From Octopus vulgaris (lineage: Eukaryota), in assembly GCA_951406725.2 (NCBI GenBank), contig OX597817.1, positions 12,090,001-12,154,000 on the forward strand: a stretch of 64,000 nucleotides of DNA, in the 5' to 3' direction. The translations under genes and the position numbers were made by a program. This document shows, piece after piece, positions 53,018 through 64,000 of the stretch (position 1 is the first letter of the stretch; the number at the start of each line of letters is the position of its first letter). The notes beneath the pieces were generated by a model. That model searched no databases, had not been told where the DNA came from, and was given only the letters and a program-made list of their open reading frames with translations.

Positions 53018-53181
53018 TATATGACGGGCTTCTTTCAGTTTCCGTCTACCAAATCCACTCACAAGGCTTTGGTCAGCCCGAGGCTATAGTAGAAGACACT
53101 TGCCCAAGATGCCATGCAGTGGGACTGAACCCAGAACCATGTGGTTGGTAAACAAGCTACTTACCACACAGCCACTCCTGC
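52755..53181 (-). mobile_element. SINE family A
   Basis: Family consensus. Confidence 0.9.
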
Positions 53182-53386
53182 TGTTATTATATTTTAAAGA
53201 AGTTCTAATAGCTATTCTAAACAGCTAGATGAAGTGAGGGCAGATGGAATAAAGACCCACTATCATCATCACAAATAGTCAATGAAATACCAGCAGTGGA
53301 TTTGAACTTACAACTCATGAGTGTAAAGAAGATATCTTTGCCACACAGTTTTTTCTTGTATAACCTTGCAAAATGATAAAAATAAT

Positions 53387-53755
53387 GGAAGCACTCCGTC
53401 GGTTACGACGACGAGGGTTCCGGTTGATCCGATCAACGGAACAGCCTGCTCGTGAAATTAACGTGTAAGTGGCTGAGCTCTCCACAGACACGTGTACCCT
53501 TAACACAGTTCTCGGGGATATTCAGCGTGACACAGAGAGTGACAAGGCCGGCCCTTTGAAATACTGGTACAACAGAAACAGGAAGTAAGAGTGAGAGAAA
53601 GTTGTGGTGAAAGAGTACAGCAGGGATCACCACCATCCCCTGCTGGAGCCTCGTGGAGCTTTAGGTGTTTTCGCTCAATAAACACTCACAACACCCGGTC
53701 TGGGAATCGAAACCGCGAGTCCACTGCCCTAACCACTGGGTCATTGCGCCTCCAC
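53387..53755 (-). mobile_element. SINE family C, tail type 3
   Basis: TSD tgataaaaataat at 53374-53386 and 53756-53768; reverse complement of 49087-49467. Confidence 0.88.
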
Positions 53756-54595
53756 TGATAAAAATAATAAGGATCCCTTGATTAGACACAAAGCCACAGA
53801 TATGGAGTGAGGTTTAGTTGACTGAATCAAAGCCAGTAATTAATGATAATTTCTTGCATTGGCACATGGCCAATGTTTTTCGCTTTTCCTCTCTTTTTTT
53901 GATGGTGGGGTGGAGGGATGAAGTTAGTCAATTAAAATGATCCCAGCACTTAACTTGTACTTTATTTTATTGACCTTGGAAGGATGGAAGGCAAAGTTAA
54001 CTTTGGCGAAGTTTAAACTCAGAAGGCAAAAAGCTGGAACAAATACCAGAAGACATTTTGTCCAACGCTCTAACGATTCTGCCAATCCAAATAAATAATA
54101 ACATGTAAAAAAAAGACTTCTATTATGGATGAATGGAGGGGGTATTTCGTTGGTTAAAGCAACATCAGTGACTATTAAATAGTCATACTCTGTTGGACTG
54201 ATTTTACACAAACAAGAATTACAATATCTATTACACAGAAAACTGCCCATCCAGCTAAGAAGGAATTTTTATCAAAATGGCAAAAGAAAAACAAAAGAAG
54301 AAAAAGGAAATAAAAATAGCTTCTTAATCTCTGTACCTCCCACTCACATTCACACATATACACATATACACAAATGTCATTTACTTAAAATTTGGTGTAA
54401 CCCACACATACTGTCCACATTGCTAGCATGTATTTAAACACACATAACATTATTATCACAAAGTGCTGCTACCCCTCCCTCCACTACCACCAACATTACA
54501 AATACATTTATGTACTACTGTACACACACATACATACAAAATACTAGGAACACACTCACACTACTACAAACAATAATACAACTATGATAACTTTA

Positions 54596-54629
<34 letters not shown>

Positions 54630-54884
54630 TCACCAAAAAGACACAAAATCATACAAAATACACAGACAAATACTTACCATTATCACATTAAGAGGCTATC
54701 AATCCCACCATCACCATCAGCATTACTATTAAAGTGCTAAAGCACAAATACACTAAGAAAGTAAAATACAGACTCCACTAATATTTCACTAATACAGAAG
54801 AACACTGGCTCGTACACACATTTGTTTAAATACTGGTACGCGATTCATCTTCACAAAATACTCTTTAAACAAATACATTTATTA

Positions 54885-56286
54885 TCAGTCTTTACATTCT
54901 GAGCAAGGGTTGATAAAATAAGTACCAGTTAAGTACTAGGGACCAATGTAATCATTTATCCCCCTCCCTCAAAATTTACTCTTTTACTTGTTTCAGTCAG
55001 TTGACTGCGGCCATGCTGGAGCACCGCCTTTAGTCGAGCAGCTCGACCCCGGGACTTATTCTTTGTAAGCCCAGTACTTATTCTATCGGTCTCTTTTGCT
55101 GAACCGCTAAGTGACGGGGATGTAAACACACCAGCATCGGTTGTCAAGTGATGCTAGGGGGACAAACACAGACACACAAACATACACGGACACATATATA
55201 TATATACATATATACGACAGGCTTCTTTCAGTTTCCGTCTACCAAATCCACTCACAAGGCTTTGGTCGGCCCGGGGCTATAGCAGAAGATACTTGCCCAA
55301 GGTGCCATGCAGTGGGACTGAACCCGGAACCATGTGGTTGGTAAGCAAGCTACTTACCACACAGCCACTCCTGCGCCTATAGTGGAAACGATTATTATTA
55401 TTATTACTAAGGCAGAAAGCTGACAGAATCCTTGGCACAGCAGGCAAAATGCTTAGCGGCATTACGTCCATCTTTAGGTTCTGAGTTCAAATTCCACAGA
55501 GGTCAACTTGGTCTTTTAGGGTTGATAAAATAAGTACCAGTTAAGTACTGGGGGGCAATGTAATCATTTATCCCCCTCCCTCAAAATTTCAGGCTTTCTG
55601 CCTACAATGGGAACGATTATTATTATTATTATTACTAAGGCAGAAAGCTGGCAGAATCATTGGCACAGCAAGCAAAATGCTAGGCAGCATTTTGTCCATT
55701 TTTACATTCTGAGTTCAAATTCCACCAAGGTCAACTTTGCCTTACATTCTTTTAGGGTTGATAAAATAAATACCAGTTAAATACTGGGGCTGATGTGGGA
55801 ATTTGACCTCAGAATGTAAAAATGGACGTAATGCTGCTAAGCATTTTGTCTGCTGTGCCAATGATTCTGCCAGCTTTTTGCCTTAGTAATAATAATAATA
55901 ATCGTTCCCACTGTAGGCAGAAAGCTTAAAATTTTGAGGGAGGGGGATAAATGATTACATCGGCCCCAGTACTTAACTGGTACTTTATTTTATGAACCCG
56001 AACTTAGAATGTAAAGACAAAATTTCAGGCCAAGTGCCTATAGTAGAAACATTATTATTATTACTAAAGTAACAAGTTGACAGAATCCTTGGCACAGAAG
56101 GCAGAATGCTTAGTGGTATTTCATCCACATTCTGAGTTCAAATTCTGCTGAGGTCAACTTTGCCTTTCATCCTTTCAGGGTTGATAAAATAAGTACCAGT
56201 TGAGCACTGAGGTTGATGTAATCGACTATCTCCCTCAGCCAAAATTTCAGGCTTTATGTCAATAGTAGAAAGGATTATTAATATTA

Positions 56287-56326
<40 letters not shown>

Positions 56327-56540
56327 AACAGTAAGTTGGCAGAATTGCAAGGACATCAGAAAAAAAATGCATTCGCTCCAGCTCTTTGCATTCCAAGTTC
56401 AAATCTGACCAAGGTCAACTTTGCCTTCCATCTTTGTGGGGGTTGATAAAATAAAGTACCAGTTAAGTCCTAGCATCAATCAATTGACTACACCCGCTTC
56501 ACCCAAATTTCAGGCCTTTGAAATAGTAGAAAGAATTATT
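54885..56540. repeat. Tandem array of SINE-B-like ~220-bp units with (ATT)n spacers and one inverted segment
   Basis: Repeated units aggcagaaagctggcagaatc...gagttcaaattcc...gttgataaaataagtaccag...aaaatttcaggc; 55801-55999 is reverse-complemented. Confidence 0.8.
54976..55377 (-). mobile_element. SINE family A inserted into a SINE-B-like array unit
   Basis: Family consensus; flanks ccctcaaaattt | atagtggaaacgatt match the array unit. Confidence 0.9.
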
Positions 56541-56602
56541 ATTATTATTACTATTAACAGCAGCAGTAGTAGTAGTAGTCATTAATAATAATAATAATAA
56601 TG

Positions 56603-56635
<33 letters not shown>

Positions 56636-57419
56636 GTAACTCATCATCACCATCTTCACAGTAGGATATTAATACTTCAATACAGAAACACACATCAACA
56701 TACTCGAGCAAGCCTGTGCACACACACACGCACACACACACACACACACACACGAAACACAGGCAGCATTGCACACAAACACGCATCCATACATTACTAT
56801 TACCTCATTACTACCCTACTCCACATTACTACATCTCGCACACATATGCTAACACACACATAAAAACACAAACACATATATATATATAAATAAACACACA
56901 ACTATTATTTCACCAAAGAATTACCCACCTCATCCTATACTAACATACACCCACCAAAATTTGCTTACACACACATGCACACATTCACACACACATGCAC
57001 ATATACACACACACACACTCATAGTAATGGCCTTAACTTCACAAAGTCTAAGAATAATTAAGATAGCTATGAGTGAGACAGCTGTGTTTCAAAAGGTTAC
57101 AGATGCAAGAAATAAGGCTAAAAAGCACTCAGTCCTGGATGATATACTGGGTTATTCAGCCAACCCAAATAGATTTGGCACCAGGTTACCGAACTTGTAA
57201 GTAAATTATCAAAACAGTTGACAAAATCCAGTAAAAATGACATAATATACAATACTTCAGTTTCAAATATACAGATCTCATCCACAGAGTTAGCATTATC
57301 CATAATCTAGTTTTGATTATTAATTCTAACCATCCTTTGAAAATTAAGTTCATTAACTCTTTCAATACCAACCAACCTGAAACAGCCCTTAGTTCAATGA
57401 AACAAATTCCCTGTTTCAA

Positions 57420-57868
57420 CCCTTTAGCATTTAAACTGGCCATATCTGGCGAAAATAGTTTCCCTGTTTTATACTCAAACTGCCAGATCTAACCTCTCAC
57501 ACTTACGCTACAATGTTAGTCTAAAAAAGTATACAGCCACATAATCAAAATCTCAAGGCTACAAGATAATGCCGGATAAATTCAAAACTGCATGAATAAA
57601 TAAGCATTATGTTTGATAGAGCAGTGCTTTTCAAACTTTTTGCTGGAGCGGAACCCCAAGGAAACATTCCACTGGCTCGAGGAACCCCTGTGCAATTATT
57701 TTAATAGTCTTATGCACACGTATCTGCACGGGAGAATTAAAAATTACTGCCGATTTTAGCAGTTTTGTAACTTCTTGCGGAACCCCTGGACTGTACTGGC
57801 GGAACCATAAGGTTCCGCGGAACCCTGGTTGAAAACCACTGTGATAGAGTAATCTGAATACTACAGGG
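57420..57868. mobile_element. Second copy of the piggyBac MITE, interrupted by a hAT MITE
   Basis: tcaa|ccctttagcatttaaactggcc...ctacaggg|TTAA; homologous to 28727-28946. Confidence 0.8.
57622..57841. mobile_element. hAT (Charlie-like) MITE
   Basis: TIR cagtgcttttcaa / ttgaaaaccactg; perfect 8-bp TSD tgatagag at 57614-57621 and 57842-57849. Confidence 0.9.
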
Positions 57869-58763
57869 TTAAAATTATTTAAATTAAAACCTATAAAAAT
57901 TTCATGCTGACTTATGTTCCAAACACTAGCTTAATAGTTATTTTAATATACAGACAATGCCGGCTACCTTTCATAGGGCCTCTGAGACTTGTGGAAAGAA
58001 AGGAAAGCGGAATCTTCAAACTGAAAGCTTGGCCCAAGTGTTTGCAACAGAGGGGACTCTGCTAAAGGCACTCAAGGTGATAGATCACCATCATCATCAT
58101 CATCGTTTAACAGCCACTATCCATCCTAGCATGGGTTGGACAATTTGACTGATGTCTGGCTGCACCAGACTCCAATCTGATCTGGCAGAGTTTCTACAGC
58201 TGGATGCCTTTCCTAATGCCAGTCAGGCAGTACTGGCAGCCTGACTGGCCCTCGTGCCGCTGGCACGTAAAAGCACCCACTACACTCTCGGAGTGGTTGG
58301 GCATATTAAACACAATATGGGTTAAGTCAACCACCAAAGTAGGCCATGGTAGGATTTGAACTCCAAACCCAAAGAGCCAGAATTAACACCACAAGCGTCA
58401 ATTCTTAATGGTACTCTTTTATCAACATTGAAAGGATGAAAAGCAAAGCTGTCCTTGGCAACATTTAAACTCAAAGCATAAAGGATTGGAACAAATACCC
58501 TGAAGCATTCTGGCCAATGGTCTAATGACTCTACCAATTAGCCTCTGTGAAGAAAAATATTTGCAGAAACGTGACAGACCTGTTCTACTATTTAGGTAAA
58601 TATATAAGGTTTCAGACAAGACATCTAAAAGAACAAACCTATTATACTTAGAAATACTTCTTAATTCAATATGTATTTTTCTTTAGCCATAATCTATTGT
58701 ACCATTTTGGTACAGTAGAGGCAAATATTCTCATTAATGACACAAAATATATGTTTTATAGAA

Positions 58764-58806
<43 letters not shown>

Positions 58807-58829
58807 CATACACATATGTATGTGTGTGT

Positions 58830-59172
58830 GAAGACGCATAGCTCAGTGGTTAGAGTGTTGGACTCACAATCATGAGGTAGTGAGTTCAATTCCCACACTG
58901 GACTGTCTGTTGTGTTCCTGTGCAAAACACTTTATTTCACATTGCTTCAGTCCACTCAGCCAAAGAAATGAGTTGCGACGTCACTGGTGCCAAGTTGTAT
59001 CGGCCTTTGCCTTTGCCTTGGATTATCATCAGTGGTGTGCAGAGGGGAGGCTGGTATGCATGGGCGACTTTCAGTCATCCATAAACATGCTTGCCCAGAC
59101 TTGTGCCTCAGAGGGGAACTTTCTAGGTGCAATCCCATGGTCATTCATGACTGAAGAGGGTCTTTACTCTTT
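58830..59172 (+). mobile_element. tRNA-derived SINE, further variant
   Basis: gcatagctcagtggttagagtgttggactc...gagttcaattccc A/B boxes; tail ctttactctttt. Confidence 0.7.
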
Positions 59173-59177
59173 TAACC

Positions 59178-59228
<51 letters not shown>

Positions 59229-59335
59229 ATCATCTAACAAGGGTGAGAAAATTGGATACTAATTTAATAGTACATCCATTTAACACCAAGTGGCTTAGTG
59301 CATAAAAAACCTGGATTTCGATAAATTTTATACAT

Positions 59336-59405
59336 AAATATAAGAGAGTAACCACTATGTGGTCAACTCTTAGTGCTAGAGTCGACCACATAGTGGTTAC
59401 TCTCT

Positions 59406-59412
<7 letters not shown>
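59336..59412. repeat. Near-perfect palindrome, 35-bp arms and 7-nt loop
   Basis: aaatataagagagtaaccactatgtggtcaactct-tagtgct-agagtcgaccacatagtggttactctcttatattt (1 mismatch). Confidence 0.95.
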
Positions 59413-59437
<25 letters not shown>

Positions 59438-60109
59438 GTATGATTTCGAAACGTGCGTCCGTAGATAACTTAAAATTGTATGATAGATTGCCGTCAATTC
59501 ATTCTCTCTTACCTGTTTGTGTCTGCCTTCCAATTGCTGTGTTTTTACTGAGATCTCCTTTTTAGTAGAAGAAATAGCTATAACTCTTTGACTGCTATTT
59601 CTAAATTCGGTCTGTGGTAAGGCAATTCGTTGCTAAACCCTTTATTGCTTAGTATTACTATATATATATATATATAATATATATATATGAATTATGATGA
59701 TATTTACTGAAAACTGAAATAGTTCAGATGGGAGAGTGTCGGACTGTAAATATAAATTCTAGGTTTTAGCATGTTGATGAAGTTTTGTTCTATTCTTGAA
59801 ATTATTAATAGTTGAGATTTCTATAGTTTAATTTGCTCAGGGAGGGTGATAGAAGGAGAGGTTTTGATCACGCATATCAACACATGATCATTATAAGATT
59901 ATTAGAAGTATTTAAGCACAGTTGTGGGTGAGTGGTTAAGAAGTTTGCTTCATAGTCATGTGGTCTTGGGTTCAGTTCCCCTGCATGATACCTTTGACAA
60001 GTGCCTTCTACTATAGCACCATGCTGACAAAGGCTTTGTGAATGGATCTGATACATAGAAATTGAAAGAAACCCATCATATATGTACGTGTGTGTGTACC
60101 TTTGTTTTG

Positions 60110-60990
60110 ACAGTGTGCATACTCGACAAAGTGTACTTACCTTGAGAGAAAAGTTGGACCTAAGAAATATCAGATGTGGTGTGCAAAAGAGACGACTGCG
60201 CTGGTATGGTCATATGGTGAGAATGGATGAGGATAGCTGTGTGAAAAAGTGCCACACACTAGTGGTTGAGGGAACCTACGGAAGAGGTAGACTCAAGAAG
60301 ACCTGGGATGAAGTGGTGAAGCACGACCTTCAAACATTAGGCCTCACCGAGACAATGACTAGTGACCGAGACTTTTGGAAACATGCTGTGCTTGAGAAGA
60401 CCCGGCAAGCCAAATGAGACCATAACCTCGTGGCCTATGCCATGGCTGTAACCAGCCCACTTATGCATACCTTTCCTTCGTTGGACACTAAACTCTGCTT
60501 GCAAAGACCTGTTGATGCAAGTGAAATCGAAATCAAATTAGATGACTGGCATTTGTGCTAGTGGAGTACTAAGAGCAACATCCAAGTGTGATTGTTGCCA
60601 GAGCAGCTGACTGGCTTCTGTGCTGGTGGCACGTAAAAAGCACCATTCGAGCATGATCGTTACCAGCGTTGCCTTACTGGCACATGAAAAAACATTTGAG
60701 CGAGGTCATTGCCGCTGGACTGGCTCCTGTGCAGGTGGCACATAGAAAACACCATTTGAGCGTGGCCATTGCCAGTACTGCCTGACTGGCCCTCATGCCA
60801 GTGGCACGTAAATGCACACACTACACTCTCCGAATGGTTGGTGTTAGGAAGGGCATCCAGCTGTAGAAATTCTGCCAGATCAAGATTGAAGCCTGGTGCA
60901 GCCATCTGGTTTGCCAGTCCTCAGTCAAATCATCCAACTCATGCTAGCATGAAAAGCGGACGTTAAATGATGATGATGATGATGATGATT
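60110..60990 (+). mobile_element. RTE-clade LINE 3' end
   Basis: LREKLDLRNIRCGVQKRRLRWYGHMVRMDEDSCVKKCHTLVVEGTYGRGRLKKTW...KTRQAK*; repetitive 3' UTR; (GAT)n tail. Confidence 0.92.
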
Positions 60991-61651
60991 GCTATTATGC
61001 AAAAATGTCATAAGTTCAAAGTGTTGCTTTGTCAGAAAATGAAAAAAATAGTTTGACTATTCCATAGCAAAAACGTTGTACTACACTTTGACCAAAAAAA
61101 AAAAAACAGCTACTGCAAGCAAAAATAAATATTGAAAAAATGCATTTGGTCAAATTTGGACATACGACACTTTAAAATAATAGCAACAATTTGTAAACAA
61201 GAGTCACCATCATACAAACAGTGTTATTCATTTCAAAAACATCTTGGCTATGGTGAAATATTATCTTACTGGAAACAGGTAAGCTGGCAATAGGAAGAGC
61301 ATCCAACCATAGATAATTTGCCATAAAAAATTCTGTCTGACCCATGCAAGCATGAAACAATGGACATTAAATGATGATGATGTTATCAGGATGTTGAATT
61401 GGCAGACCCATTAGAGCATCAAACAAAATGTCTTATGGTAGTTTTTCTGACTCTTTATATTCTGAGTTCATATCCCACTGAGATCAGGTTCGCCTCTCAT
61501 ATTTCCAAGGTTGATAACATAAAGCACCAGTCAAGCAGTGAGGTTGATACAATTGGTTAGTCCCTTATTCCTCCAAATTTCAGGTCTTGTGCCTGTATTA
61601 GAGACAGTTATTATTGCAAATGGTTACCTGGCTGTGTGGAAAGTATGCATA

Positions 61652-62030
61652 GGAGTGGCTGTGTGGTAAGTAGCTTGCTTACCAGCCACATGGTTCCGGG
61701 TTCAGTCCCTCTATGTGGCACCTTGGGCGAGTGTCTTCTACTATAGCCTCGGGCCGACCAAAGCCTTTGAAGTGGATTTGGTAGACAAAAACTGAAAGAA
61801 GCTCATCGTATGTGTGTGTGTGTGTTTGTGTGTCTGTGTTTGTCCCCCTAACATGGCTTGATAACCGATGCTGGTGTGTTTACGTCCCCATAACTTAGTG
61901 GTTCGGCAAAAGAGACCGATAGAATAAGTACTGAGCTTACAAAGAATAAGTCTTGGGGTCGATTTGCTCAACTAAAGGCAGTGCTCCAGCATGGCCTCAG
62001 TCAAATGACTGAAACAAGTAGAAAAAAGTA
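61652..62030 (+). mobile_element. SINE family A
   Basis: Family consensus. Confidence 0.88.
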
Positions 62031-62435
62031 AACGAATATATGTGTGTGTGTGTGTGTGAATGTGTTGTGTGTGTGTGTGTACCCAGAATTTAAACACTTA
62101 GGAAGAACAAAATCAGAAATGTAATAACAAAGAAAGAAGTCAGATTACAATAACTAGAATGGCTTTAATGAAATTAGACCATTTTTGGAACAAAGAAAAT
62201 ATCCCAACAAGTTGAGTATTATCAGCATCATCATTGTTGTTTTAATGGCCATTTTCTTGTGTCCACATGGGTTAGATGGAGTTCTACAGCTGGATGCGCT
62301 TACTGTCAACAACCCTTACTCATTTCCAAGTTAAGTAATATAATGTCTTATCACACAACATCAAGACAAAGAAACACAAGCGCATAAACATATTCACACA
62401 TGTTGTATGATCACAGCTGTCCGACAAACAGCAAT

Positions 62436-62818
62436 CTTTCTTTTACTTGTTTCAGTCATTTGACTGTGGCCATGCTGGAGCACCGCCTTTTAGTCGAGCA
62501 TATCAACCCCCAGGACTTATTCTTTGTAAGCCCAGTACTTATTCTATTGGTCTCTTTTGCCGAACCGCTAAGTTACAGTGACGTGAACACACCAACATCA
62601 GTTGTCAAGCGATGTTGGGGGGACAAACACAGACACACAAACATATACACACACAGGATGGGCTACTTTCAGTTTCCGTCTACCAAATCCACTCACAAGG
62701 CATTGGTCGGCCCGAGGCTATAGCAGAAGACACTTGCCCAAGGTGTCACGCAGTGGGACTGAACCCGGAAGCATGTGGTTAGTAAGCAAGCTACTTACCA
62801 CACAGCCACTCCTACGCC
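62436..62818 (-). mobile_element. SINE family A
   Basis: Family consensus. Confidence 0.88.
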
Positions 62819-63637
62819 TATGTAAAACTAATGTAAAACTTTCAGTAACAGTTTGAGAAGATTTTTCAGTTTTAATGTAAATTATATTTCTCTACCTTCA
62901 GTATTTGAATACAATTTTTTCCCACCTTGTTTCGCATTTGTGCCTACACATGTATCTATACACACAGACACACACACACACACACACACGACAGGCTTCT
63001 TTCAGTTTTCATCTACTCAAAAGTCTTTGGTAATCCTGGAACTATAGGAGAAGATGCTTGCTCAAAGTTCCTCAGAGCAGAACTGAACCCAAAACCATGT
63101 GATTGGGCAGCAAACTTTTCAACCACCAGCCATGCCTGTGCCTTTGGAATTAAATTGGACCGACATGACCAGAATTCAAACTTGGGTTACCATGGTCAGA
63201 ATATGCAGTGCTAACCACTCAACAATTATGAACACACTGATTCTTTGTCAAAGCCAAAATTTCTCTTTACCAATGCTACTAACATATTTGGAAAAAGCAT
63301 GAAGGCAACATATTCTGAAATTTCGCTTCTCTATGAAAGTGTGACCTACTGCCTGAATAAGAAATCAAGTGATTCATTAGTATTTTGTGCAGGTAAGATA
63401 TGGTGGGGACAGTGAGGTACTCAAGCTTGGCAACATGTCTGTATCTACTAATAGTATTATCATGCCAAAAGGTACCAATCTATAACAAAGTAATGATAGT
63501 GAAAATTAGGTGCTTAATCCCCAAGGTTACCTACCTACCTACTTACCTTCTGAACTATCTACCAACTTACTTACCAAGCAAGGGTACTGAGCTAAGAAGT
63601 GTAGTAAAATTACATACATCATAACAGCAATCACTGA

Positions 63638-63674
<37 letters not shown>

Positions 63675-64000
63675 AAAAAAACAGAAAAAAAACTGATTGT
63701 ACTCCTCCTCCTCCTCCCTGTGTATTTTATTTATGATGAGTGATCATAAGTTGGCTCACACCCACCTACCCACTCGCCCCACTTGTACATCACATCTAAC
63801 ACCATCACCACTGGTAGGAATAGAGAGGAGAGGAGGATGAAGGCACAACAGGGCTCGGTGGGTAGGAGGGGGTTGCCGAAGTGAAGGTGAGAGGGAGCAA
63901 CCGGAGGGGGGAAAAGGAGAGGAGTGAGGGAAGGAGAGAAGTGAAAAGGGAGAATGAGGTAATGATGGGAAGGTGAGAGTAGGGTAATGGTAGGGGGCAG

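Noticed and set aside
56795-56825. Possible upstream gephyrin exon end (...SNE|gtaat) on the minus strand
   Set aside because: In-frame stop a few codons upstream and no VAVLSTG match

Overview
Eukaryotic, AT-rich, repeat-dense DNA. The SINE, RTE and microsatellite repertoire looks like an octopod cephalopod (Octopus-like; this is inference). The only confidently identified host gene is gephyrin (GPHN). Its last five coding exons (MoeA-like E domain) lie on the minus strand at 39948-39827, 31142-31055, 29492-29419, 28531-28363 and 25995-25741, with canonical GT-AG junctions and consistent phases. No upstream exon is recognisable up to 64000, implying an intron of more than 24 kb. The rest is transposon-derived: about 19 near-full copies of a ~410-bp tRNA-derived SINE, two other SINE families, RTE LINE fragments, a full-length decayed mariner, two copies of a 395-bp non-autonomous Helitron, hAT, piggyBac and Tc1-like MITEs, and several Penelope-like (GIY-YIG) remnants. 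Best second-look items: (1) a cluster of type I hammerhead ribozyme motifs at 7-17 kb, two with an intact core and well-paired stems and one with a single G5A change; (2) inverted SINE pairs bracketing gephyrin exons, predicting dsRNA/A-to-I editing and a 210-nt stop-free circRNA; (3) a candidate antisense exon and a Merlin/ISXO2-like fossil in the long intron; (4) one SINE head carrying three different tails; (5) an apparent CpG boundary near 17.5 kb. Nothing here is a demonstrated new system.
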